From: Silvanigrellaceae bacterium
GTDB lineage: Bacteria; Bdellovibrionota_B; Oligoflexia; Silvanigrellales; Silvanigrellaceae
DNA length: 11,890 nucleotides
Assembly: GCA_049423385.1 (NCBI GenBank)
Contig: JBMSQQ010000100.1
Location: 1-11,890, forward strand
Direction: 5' to 3'
Made by a program: the position numbers and the translations under genes. The notes under the pieces are model-generated. The model saw only the letters and a list, made by a program, of their open reading frames with translations, searched no databases and was not told where the DNA came from. Below, piece by piece: positions 1 to 7,499 of the stretch (positions are counted from its first letter, which is position 1; each line of letters starts with the position of its first letter).

Positions 1-52
1 ATGGTGAACTAGAAATAGTTGACTCAAGTAAACTAAAAGGAGGAGGTCCTTC

Positions 53-895
53 TCATAGATGGCAGCAGTTGAGTTCAGCGAGAGCCCATTTCAAAGGAAT
101 AGGATTTGGTGCGCAAAAGAGCTGCGTGTTGACGGGGTACGTGTCGGCGTGCAGGCGACACAAACTCTTGAAGTCACCGTTCTGTGCTGCCTTCCAGATT
201 GCCAACATGGCACCGGGAATCAGGTGTGTTGTGACACTGATTACGCCTGAGGCGCCGCACATCATCGCGGGCGCAAAAGTTGGGTCGTCTCCGCTCAAAA
301 TCCCAACCTGCTGTGAGAGTCCTGCAGCTTCCAGGGCCAGGTTCATGTCGGTCACGACCCGGATATCACCCGCTGCTTCCTTGATGGCGACGACGTTTTT
401 CGCTTCACTGGCAATCGCGACCAATGTTTTGGGCTGCAGCGCGCAACCGGTGCGTCCTGGAACGTTGTAGAGGCAAACCGGCGTTGTCGGAACCGATTTT
501 GCCACTGCAAGGAAATGTTCCTTGAGTCCTGTTTGGTTGGGTTTGTTGTAATACGGGGTGACGACCATGATGCCGGCGACTGTTTGACCCTGGACCTTCA
601 AAGTCGAAAAGTGGCGCGATGACTCAATTGTCTCCTGGGTTGAATAAGATCCGGTTCCGACGTGAATGCGGAATGAATCGGTCTGATACTCAAGGGCTGT
701 CTTCACGAGGAGCTCTTTTTCGTCTTTGCTGAGGGTAGGGCTCTCGCCGGTGGTGCCGCAGACAACAACACCATGAAGACCAGCGTCCCTCTGCATTTGA
801 AGCATCTTCCTGAACGCAACAAGATCAATCGAGAGGTCTTTGCCAAACGGAGTTGCCAACGCAGTTAAAACACCTGTAAATGGTTTGATGGTCAT
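53..895 (-). CDS. dapA: 4-hydroxy-tetrahydrodipicolinate synthase (DHDPS); C-terminus appears ~20-25 aa short
   Basis: Canonical motifs GTTGESPTL, VTPYYNKP, LYNVPGRTG, Schiff-base IKEA, LSGDD and PNPIPLK. A GGGGG SD-like run lies 5 nt upstream of the ATG. The usual terminal RLPL segment is absent. Confidence 0.95.
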   Translation of the reverse strand: MTIKPFTGVLTALATPFGKDLSIDLVAFRKMLQMQRDAGLHGVVVCGTTGESPTLSKDEKELLVKTALEYQTDSFRIHVGTGSYSTQETIESSRHFSTLKVQGQTVAGIMVVTPYYNKPNQTGLKEHFLAVAKSVPTTPVCLYNVPGRTGCALQPKTLVAIASEAKNVVAIKEAAGDIRVVTDMNLALEAAGLSQQVGILSGDDPTFAPAMMCGASGVISVTTHLIPGAMLAIWKAAQNGDFKSLCRLHADTYPVNTQLFCAPNPIPLKWALAELNCCHL

Positions 896-923
896 GACAT
901 CCCCCTAGAGCAGTCAAAAACAA

Positions 924-1595
924 ATGAGTTCCTTTCTCTTTAGTGCAGATTCGTCGAAAAAGCATCCTTGGTTTGCAGGGGATGGTTTTGAAAGTTTTCG
1001 TGGTCAGGTCATTCCAATGTTGGAGGCTCTGGAGCCGCGACAGCAATGGTTTTCGGAGGAGCTTCAGGAGTTGCTCAAAGAAAGTGCAGCGACGATGCGG
1101 GAGCATTTGCCTCAACATGTCACAACTTCTTCGGTTGTCCTGAGTTCGCAGGGTGATTCAGTTCTTCTGCTTTTTCATAACAAAATAAATGAATGGGTCT
1201 ACCCTGGAGGACATGCGGATGGTGACTGGCATCTGTTGAGGTCGAGTCTCAGGGAGTGTTTCGAGGAAACCGCACTCGACGTGATCGAGGTACTGCCTCC
1301 TCTCTGCTTGAATAATTTTTCAACCGCGGCTTTGTGTCCTCACTTGTTCCAGAAATTTTGGATAAAAACGTCCCGAACCGATCCGGCACATGTTCATTTT
1401 GATGCGGTTTTCGTGTTTCGAGCTGTGTCTGCCGGCAGCGTGTCTTTTGATCCCCGGGAGTCTTCGGCTCTCAAGTGGATTCCGGTCGGCGAACTGGAGC
1501 TTCATGCGAAGAGGGGAGCTGGAATCGTGGATGGAATTGATGCCCTGACGGCGCAGATTTGCCTTTCCGCAATGCAAAGTGCCCTTGGGTCGTGA
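924..1595 (+). CDS. Nudix-family hydrolase (GGHADGD subtype); start codon uncertain
   Basis: Nudix box-like GGHADGDWHLLRSSLRECFEETAL, preceded by HVTTS...VLLLFHNKINEWVYP and followed by the HxHFD and ES..LKW motifs typical of this subtype. There is no clear SD at 924, and ATG 1017 is an alternative start. Confidence 0.88.
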   Translation: MSSFLFSADSSKKHPWFAGDGFESFRGQVIPMLEALEPRQQWFSEELQELLKESAATMREHLPQHVTTSSVVLSSQGDSVLLLFHNKINEWVYPGGHADGDWHLLRSSLRECFEETALDVIEVLPPLCLNNFSTAALCPHLFQKFWIKTSRTDPAHVHFDAVFVFRAVSAGSVSFDPRESSALKWIPVGELELHAKRGAGIVDGIDALTAQICLSAMQSALGS

Positions 1596-1611
1596 GACTC
1601 CAAGGGCACTT
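1577..1611. repeat. Strong inverted repeat/hairpin overlapping the Nudix stop codon (possible terminator or 3' stabiliser)
   Basis: AAGTGCCCTTGG (1577-1588) and CCAAGGGCACTT (1600-1611) are perfect 12-bp arms. Inner GTC/GAC pairs close a GTGA loop. No clear U-tract follows. Confidence 0.8.
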
Positions 1612-1639
1612 GTGGGAGCGATTCGAAAATCCAAGTGTG

Positions 1640-1668
1640 TTGACCTGATTGCTCCGGTGGATTAGCGT
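1640..1668 (+). promoter_or_regulatory. Sigma70-type promoter for the tRNA
   Basis: TTGACC (1640-1645), a 17-bp spacer and TAGCGT (1663-1668), ending 8 nt before the tRNA 5' end. Confidence 0.65.
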
Positions 1669-1676
1669 TTTCTTTG

Positions 1677-1753
1677 GGGCCTGTAGCTAAATGGTTACGG
1701 CAGCGTGCTCATAACACGACGATATGGGGGTTCAAGTCCCTCCAGGCCCACCA
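1677..1753 (+). tRNA. tRNA with CAT anticodon, most likely tRNA-Ile2 (lysidine-modified) rather than tRNA-Met
   Basis: Acceptor stem GGGCCTG/CAGGCCC, D-loop with GG, anticodon loop CTCATAA, T-arm GGGGG-TTCAAGT-CCCTC, discriminator A and encoded CCA. It has C4-G69 and C5-G68 pairs and lacks the initiator features (C1:A72 mismatch, three G-C anticodon-stem pairs). Confidence 0.95.
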
Positions 1754-1782
1754 AGTTCCCGGAAATTTGGAAGCGCCGCTGC

Positions 1783-2955
1783 TCACTTGGCAGCTGGCGC
1801 TTTTTCCTTGGCGCTTTGAGCAGCTTCGCTGGCCTTCATGACGCCTGGGAATGACTGGGTCAGGATGTCGACCAACACTGTTGGATTGTTTGGAGTCACA
1901 ATCCGGCGACCACTTGCGATGTAGGTTGGAGTTTTGTCGGAGCCAGCAGCCTTGAGGTTGCTGACAACAGTTTTGAGCTCATCCATTCCATCTTCGCTGG
2001 TCATGCACTTTTCAAACGACTTCGCGTCTAGGCCTGCTTCCGTTGCGAGTTTCACCGCTTGCTTGCGAACCTCGTCAACAGAGGCTTTGCTCTGGAGAAG
2101 GTAATAGGGCGTGTTGTACGCACGCTCGGAGTACTTCCAGAATGCATCGTTGCTTTGACGTTTTGCACAGTATGCGCCTGCAGCGAGCTGCGCGGCAGGA
2201 GCATTTACGTCGTCTGTCGTGATGACTTGTGTGTAACGAATTGAGTCGCGATGTTTATCGAGGAAATTTTCAAGATCGCTCTTGAAATAACGGCACGATG
2301 CGCAGAAGAAATCGCCAACTGCAACCAGTGTCTCCTTGGCATTGGCATCGCCACGGGTCGGCATCTTGTTGAAGTCCATGGCGACGCGTGGGCCACAGGG
2401 GCTTGGCAGCAAAAGCTGGTATGCTTTTTTGTCGCGAAGCTGTGACATCGTCTTGCGGATACCGTCCTGATTGCGCTGTGTTTCAAGATGAACGCGCAGA
2501 TTCTTGGCAATCGACTCGAACGTCATGTTCGGTGGGAAGCTTTTTTTATTTGTTTCATAGAACTTCTTGATGTCATCTTCGGTGACTTTCTTGTCTGCAA
2601 GCAGTTCGCCAAGTTGTGGCACCTTTCCAGGATTCACCATGCCGCCCTTTTCTTTTGCAAGAGCCAGACGGGTTGCATAGGCCTCAAGAAGTTCACGCGC
2701 ACGCAGGTAGTTTTGAGAGGTCAGCTCGTAAAGCTCTGCACGCACGTCTTCTGGAAGCTGAGCACCGGCAACAGCCTGGTTGCCCACAGCCACGACTGGG
2801 CCTTCCATGCTTGCGTTCAAGTTTGCGTCACAGCCAGCTGGTGCTTCTGCGGTTGTTGTGCCAATTCCGCCCACGAGTGGACTTCTGGCGATTCCAAATC
2901 CAACCAAACAACCGACAACGACGCCGCCTACACCCAACAAAGTATTCTTATTCAT
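1783..2955 (-). CDS. DsbA-family thiol:disulfide oxidoreductase with N-terminal membrane anchor and helical (SurA/PrsA N-terminal-like) domain
   Basis: Thioredoxin-fold cues: RGDANAKETLVAVGDFFCASC (CXXC at 2293-2304), YCAKRQ...FW, F..C and a KTPT cis-Pro loop. The N-terminus is hydrophobic. The start is placed at ATG 2955 (MNKNTLLG, 390 aa) because a GAGGTG SD precedes it; the ORF track begins at 3015. Confidence 0.82.
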   Translation of the reverse strand: MNKNTLLGVGGVVVGCLVGFGIARSPLVGGIGTTTAEAPAGCDANLNASMEGPVVAVGNQAVAGAQLPEDVRAELYELTSQNYLRARELLEAYATRLALAKEKGGMVNPGKVPQLGELLADKKVTEDDIKKFYETNKKSFPPNMTFESIAKNLRVHLETQRNQDGIRKTMSQLRDKKAYQLLLPSPCGPRVAMDFNKMPTRGDANAKETLVAVGDFFCASCRYFKSDLENFLDKHRDSIRYTQVITTDDVNAPAAQLAAGAYCAKRQSNDAFWKYSERAYNTPYYLLQSKASVDEVRKQAVKLATEAGLDAKSFEKCMTSEDGMDELKTVVSNLKAAGSDKTPTYIASGRRIVTPNNPTVLVDILTQSFPGVMKASEAAQSAKEKAPAAK

Positions 2956-3079
2956 GTATACACCTCGCTCTATCAAGAGATTCATCAGCCAATTGTAAAT
3001 TATTTTGGAGTTCAAGTGTTGATTCTTTGTGGTGAGTGCTCAGTCGGAGTCAAAAACCCGTCAGCAGCCTCAGCACAAT

Positions 3080-3108
3080 AAAAAAAAAGGGGACCCGAGG
3101 GGCCCCTT
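3080..3108 (-). terminator. Rho-independent terminator of the AAA+ regulator gene
   Basis: The minus strand reads AAGGGGCCCCTCGGGTCCCC followed by T9. This GC-rich hairpin plus U-tract lies ~22 nt after the stop codon at 3131. Confidence 0.88.
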
Positions 3109-3130
3109 GTCAACCTGGAGTTCCAGTCCA

Positions 3131-4522
3131 TCAATCGAGGTCCGAGTAACTTTCCCGACCGCCGTGACCAATGAAGTCAATGGAATCAAACTCTGGCGAA
3201 TCGCTGCCGAGGCCGTCGAAGATTGTGAACGCCGGGTTGCGTTTGACTCGACCCGGTTCAACCTTGACGTTTGTTGAGGCGGCTCTTTTCTTGAGCTTTT
3301 CAACAAGTGTCGTCCGGTTCATCGAAAGCAACTGTGCCGCGCGGTTCTTGTTGTGATTCGTCCGACGCAGAGCTTCTGCGATAAGACGGTTTTCAAATTC
3401 TTCCACGACACGATAGAAATCGATGCCGCTGCCGAGATCGATGTCCTTCTTGATGAACTGTTCAATCTCGGTTCCTTCCTCGAACTGCGACTGAATGTTT
3501 GAGCCGTAGTTTTGAGGGGGATTGTAAAGAGAATTGAAGCCTGCAGGATTTCGAGTTTGTGGACCGTAACCCATGGTCGGGGTTACGGGCATTTGCTGCT
3601 GGCTCGGCGCTCTGTACTGGCTCTGCTGCTGCAATGATGGATTGTTCAGTGCACGACCTTGATTTTGAAGACCGCCACCGACTCCCTGGCTTGAGTTTGA
3701 TTTCTGCGAGGGCTGCATTTGCATGCGCTCGAAGAAGGTGTCGATATTGTCCGTCACCAGATTTCTCAGGCGTGGGGGAAGATCGTTGACTTCAATGCTG
3801 CCTGAGTTTTTGAGAACAACGATGCGCTCAATGAGGTTTTCAAGCTCGCGCAGGTTGTGCGGCCAGGTGTGCTGAAGCAGCGCGCTCATTGCGTCCGGAG
3901 CAACTCCAAAGATGGATTTGCCCTTGGTTTGGTTGAACTTCTGCACAAAGTGCTCAACCAGGGGTGCGATGTCTTCACGACGTTCACGCAATGGTGGGAT
4001 GTACACTGCGCAACTTGCAAGCCGATAATACAGATCCTCGCGGAAGCTTCGTTCACGAACCGCAAGATCAATATTGACGCTTGTTGAGCAAATGATACGC
4101 ACGTTTGCTGTGCGAGGCGTTTGTGAGCCGACCGGGGTGAAGGTGCCGTCTGTCAGCACTCTCATCAATGCCATCTGCAGCTTCGCAGAAAGCTTGGACA
4201 CTTCTTCAATAAAGATGGTTCCACCGTCAGCAATCACCAGCCTGCCTTCGCGAGCCTGGTTTGCACCGGGGAATGCACCTTTCTCGTGTCCAAACAGCTC
4301 GGCCTCGAGCAAGTCATCGGCAATGGTGCCGCACTTGACGGGGACGAATGGACCAGATGCGCGAGATGATTTCTCATGGATTGCTCGAGCCACCATCTCT
4401 TTACCTGTACCGGGTTCACCGGTGATCAAGACTGGCGCCTCAGCTTCAGCTACCTTCATAATAAGGTGCTGAACATGGCGAATGACCGTGCTTGAGCCTA
4501 ATAGTGCGGACACCACGCTCAC
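3131..4522 (-). CDS. Sigma54-interaction (bEBP) family AAA+/Fis-HTH transcriptional regulator, FleQ/FlrA-like, with no receiver domain and degenerate motifs
   Basis: Walker [60 protein letters not shown] and [28 protein letters not shown] start with a GAGGAG SD. Confidence 0.92.
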   Translation of the reverse strand: MSVVSALLGSSTVIRHVQHLIMKVAEAEAPVLITGEPGTGKEMVARAIHEKSSRASGPFVPVKCGTIADDLLEAELFGHEKGAFPGANQAREGRLVIADGGTIFIEEVSKLSAKLQMALMRVLTDGTFTPVGSQTPRTANVRIICSTSVNIDLAVRERSFREDLYYRLASCAVYIPPLRERREDIAPLVEHFVQKFNQTKGKSIFGVAPDAMSALLQHTWPHNLRELENLIERIVVLKNSGSIEVNDLPPRLRNLVTDNIDTFFERMQMQPSQKSNSSQGVGGGLQNQGRALNNPSLQQQSQYRAPSQQQMPVTPTMGYGPQTRNPAGFNSLYNPPQNYGSNIQSQFEEGTEIEQFIKKDIDLGSGIDFYRVVEEFENRLIAEALRRTNHNKNRAAQLLSMNRTTLVEKLKKRAASTNVKVEPGRVKRNPAFTIFDGLGSDSPEFDSIDFIGHGGRESYSDLD

Positions 4523-4660
4523 GAGAATCTCCTCATCCCCGCTCCCTGCGGACTTAAAGGTTCCAGATCCAAAAGGGGCCTCGCCTCTTCCTTGAAGCGA
4601 TCGGCACCCTTCAGAATTTTCGATTGTTTGGATTGCTAGGTCAGTATGACAGGAGGTTGG

Positions 4661-4681
4661 CCGGATGACAAGTTCGTCCGG
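4661..4681. repeat. Short hairpin downstream of the MCP stop codon
   Basis: CCGGATGA-CAAGT-TCGTCCGG forms an 8-bp stem with one G.T pair on the + strand (a mismatch on the - strand). There is no U-tract, so function is uncertain. Confidence 0.35.
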
Positions 4682-4706
4682 TGAGGTTTACCGTCCCGTT
4701 TTCAAA

Positions 4707-7499
4707 TTAGAAAAAAACCACTTCGCCTTTCGATAAATCCTGCTCTTCATTGTTTTGCGAAGTTCTTTGGCCTGTCACCCGTGTTGACGCGGGGTTGTCT
4801 GATGGTCTCATGGCAGATTGTGCCGCTGTCAGACTTGTGACGCTCCCTCCATTCGAACCTGTCCATCCATTCGGGCTGAGGGGCTGAAGGATCGGTTCCT
4901 TGCGCCCGTTCCTGTTGAGCAGTTCTTCAACGTTGGTCTTGATCCTCTCGAGAGGTTGCATGGCGTGTTCGATTTGTTGCTTGGTGATGTCCTGAAATTG
5001 AAGGCTCAAAACGATTTGATCGATGCTCTTGGCAACGCTTTCCGAGCTCGTGACGGCATTCGATATGAGCTTTGTGAAGACTTCGGTGCTCTCCTCGGCG
5101 GTTTGTACAAGTTCACCCACGGCCATATCGACGTTCGTCTTCTTCTCGGTGTTCTTTTTGATACTGTCGACGAGATTCTTGCTCATGTCCCGGATGCTGG
5201 TGTTCACCTTTCCGACAATCTTGATGATGCTGTTGGATGCGACGCTTGTTCTGTCTGAAAGCTTGCGCACCTCTTCGGCCACAACCGAAAACCCACGCCC
5301 GTGTTCACCTGCGCGCGCAGCCTCGATTGCTGCATTGAGGGCGAGCAGATTGGTCTGATCGGAAATGTACTGGATTTCGTCGCTGATCTTGTTGATTTCT
5401 GCGGTGTTGACGAGAATCTGTTCGATGGACTTCGACGACGTTGCGTTGAGTTGCGAGTTTTCTTCGAGCATTGAGGTCATTTCTTTCAGAAGACCAAGGC
5501 TCTTTTGAATCACTTCGCTCAGACTGGTTGCGGACGCATTCGCACGGCCACCTGCAAATTGTGAAGAAATCTGGTGTGATTCGACGAGATGTTCCTGCGC
5601 CTTTTCATAGATATATCGGACCTTGTCGCTGATCTCGATGGCGCTGGCTTCCGTTTGCTTGGTGACTTTTTGGAGTAGATGCGAAATTTCTGGAACAAGG
5701 GCAATCATTTCCTGCAGGAGTCGGTGTTGTTCCGTTTTGTTTTGTTCGCTTTGATTCAACTCGGCCTGCAGTTTCGCAAATCGGCTGGAGAAGTCTTGTA
5801 CCTTGCTGGATGCGCTTTGCGCCCTTCCTTCAAGTGACCTTGCAATGGAATCGAATTCTTTTTTCTGGGCCTGCAGACGTTTGTTCATGTTCTCAGCTTC
5901 AAGCTTCCAGAAGTCGACGGATTTCTGCAGCGCAATCATTTTTGTTTCGTAATCTTGTTGCAGCGATGCAACTGCCTGGCGCTGGCTTGATTCCTCTGTT
6001 GTCTTCTGGGTCAGCTGTGTGGTTGCGGACGCCTTCGCAGCGATACGTGCTGCACTGGCCTCGGCCTGGTATTGTACAACCTGTTGTTGGAGTGTTGATA
6101 TTTGTTGCTGAAGCGAAGATGCATTCTGCACCGCCAGCTCAACCTTCTGAAGAAGCAGATTTTTTTCGTCGTCCCAGTACTTTTTGGCCTGCTCGGATTT
6201 TTCATTCAGGCTTGATTTTTCGTCATCCCAAAGCCTTCTGGCCGATTCAAAGTCCCGGCTGACCTGGTCGAAGTCACGGCGCGCATAGTCAGCAGCCTGC
6301 TGAACATCGCGTGCGGCCATTTCTCGGGTTCTTTCCATCTCGTGAGTGTAGACTTCCTTTATTCTCTCGAGTTCAGTCTTAGTCTGTTCCCTGATTTTCT
6401 CGAGCTCCCTTTGGGCACTTTCACGTCCGAATTCCGCTTCCCGCAGAGCTGCCTCAAAGGCCAGTTGTGCGTCGTTGAGAATGTTTGCCTTCATGTCCTC
6501 GGCTTCGCGGCGCCCGCGCTGATATGCTTCACCGAGTTCCCGTTTGTGCTGTGACTTCAGGCTGTCTGACTGGCGTTCGTTCTCCTGACGGACACCCGTG
6601 ATTTCTTCCCTCAATTGGGTGATTGTACTGCCAGATTCTTCCCGAATCTTGTTGATTTCTTCCAGTGCTTTTGCTTTCGCTGCTTCGGCTGATGCATTCA
6701 GCTCGGCCCGCGTTTGCTCAAGGGTTTCGAGCCGTGCAGCGATTTGTTGATCTGCATCTTTCTTGATTGATTCAATTTCAATCGTGTGATTCGCGATCAG
6801 TGTTTCGATTTGTTCGGCGAGGGGCTCGCAGGCCTGTTTTATGGCGTCCTCGCGACTGTCCCTGAGTTCCTGGAGTTCCGCGAGTGCAGCGTCCCTGATC
6901 TGGTGCGACAGGCGGAGATCTTCTTCGCATTGGATGCGGATTTCTGAAATCTCCCGCTCAGCTGAATCCCGGGCTTCCTTGATTTGGTTCTGAGCGCTTT
7001 CGCGAATTTCGTGAAGATGCAAAGCGGCGACTGTGCCCTTGGAGTTCGCCTGGGCAAGGTCCGACTCCAGCTTTTGGCATTCGCTTCTTGCGGATATGAG
7101 ATCCCGCTCAGCGCGATCGAGTTCACCCTTGAGTCGTTCTTGTTCTTCCTTGAAACGCGCAATTTCGTTGTCGACGGGAGCATTGGCAGTCCTGAGGTCT
7201 CTCAGTTCATTTTCCAATTCGGACATGCGTCTTTTATAGCGGGTTTCAATTTCCGAAACGACCTCGGCTCGCAGCGAAGCAGCCGCACTTTCAGCCAATC
7301 TGTCGAGTTCCACAGAAGCACTTTGCGCAATTGCATTACTTTTTTTCCAAAACCAGGCCGCCAGCAATGCCAATGCGGAAAGATTGACCAGAATGGCAAA
7401 ACGGAAGTCCGACAGGAAAAACGTACCCGCAATCATAAATGCCGCGAGTGCCAACAGCACAATCACAACCGAAAGTGTTCGAATCCGCAACTCTTCCAT
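4707..7499 (-). CDS. Methyl-accepting chemotaxis-like protein: 2 adjacent TM helices, very long coiled coil, MCP signalling domain and C-terminal tail
   Basis: Hairpin-tip signature [36 protein letters not shown] (~5260-5365), two N-terminal hydrophobic helices, an E/Q/A/R/K-rich stalk, [13 protein letters not shown] and terminal GEVVFF. AAAGGA SD upstream. Confidence 0.92.
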   Translation of the reverse strand: MEELRIRTLSVVIVLLALAAFMIAGTFFLSDFRFAILVNLSALALLAAWFWKKSNAIAQSASVELDRLAESAAASLRAEVVSEIETRYKRRMSELENELRDLRTANAPVDNEIARFKEEQERLKGELDRAERDLISARSECQKLESDLAQANSKGTVAALHLHEIRESAQNQIKEARDSAEREISEIRIQCEEDLRLSHQIRDAALAELQELRDSREDAIKQACEPLAEQIETLIANHTIEIESIKKDADQQIAARLETLEQTRAELNASAEAAKAKALEEINKIREESGSTITQLREEITGVRQENERQSDSLKSQHKRELGEAYQRGRREAEDMKANILNDAQLAFEAALREAEFGRESAQRELEKIREQTKTELERIKEVYTHEMERTREMAARDVQQAADYARRDFDQVSRDFESARRLWDDEKSSLNEKSEQAKKYWDDEKNLLLQKVELAVQNASSLQQQISTLQQQVVQYQAEASAARIAAKASATTQLTQKTTEESSQRQAVASLQQDYETKMIALQKSVDFWKLEAENMNKRLQAQKKEFDSIARSLEGRAQSASSKVQDFSSRFAKLQAELNQSEQNKTEQHRLLQEMIALVPEISHLLQKVTKQTEASAIEISDKVRYIYEKAQEHLVESHQISSQFAGGRANASATSLSEVIQKSLGLLKEMTSMLEENSQLNATSSKSIEQILVNTAEINKISDEIQYISDQTNLLALNAAIEAARAGEHGRGFSVVAEEVRKLSDRTSVASNSIIKIVGKVNTSIRDMSKNLVDSIKKNTEKKTNVDMAVGELVQTAEESTEVFTKLISNAVTSSESVAKSIDQIVLSLQFQDITKQQIEHAMQPLERIKTNVEELLNRNGRKEPILQPLSPNGWTGSNGGSVTSLTAAQSAMRPSDNPASTRVTGQRTSQNNEEQDLSKGEVVFF

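Noticed and set aside
59..250. 63-aa plus-strand ORF preceded by a strong SD-like AAGGAGGAGG
   Set aside because: It lies entirely antisense to conserved dapA, has no recognisable motif, and its SD sits in the suspect edge sequence.
1730..1790. tRNA 3' end as an integration (att) site
   Set aside because: I saw no integrase, no duplicate of the tRNA 3' end and no compositional shift downstream.
2956..3015. 20-aa N-terminal extension of the DsbA ORF in the track
   Set aside because: The GAGGTG SD sits directly before ATG 2955, and the signal/anchor sequence begins there.
2488..3081. 197-aa plus-strand ORF and other short overlapping ORFs in the track
   Set aside because: They overlap well-supported genes on the opposite strand or in another frame and show no recognisable motifs.
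4598..4623. Possible sigma28 promoter upstream of the regulator (GCCGATCG on the minus strand)
   Set aside because: The -10 element is partial and the -35 (TCGA) is weak and mis-spaced, so it is too poor to call.
4640..4650. GTCA-GTA-TGAC mini-palindrome upstream of the regulator
   Set aside because: The half-sites match the FleQ-like box but the spacer is 3 rather than 6 bp. It is short enough to be chance.
5700..7340. SMC/chromosome-segregation protein call for the long coiled coil
   Set aside because: There are no Walker motifs or hinge. The coil is in frame with TM helices and an MCP signalling tip.
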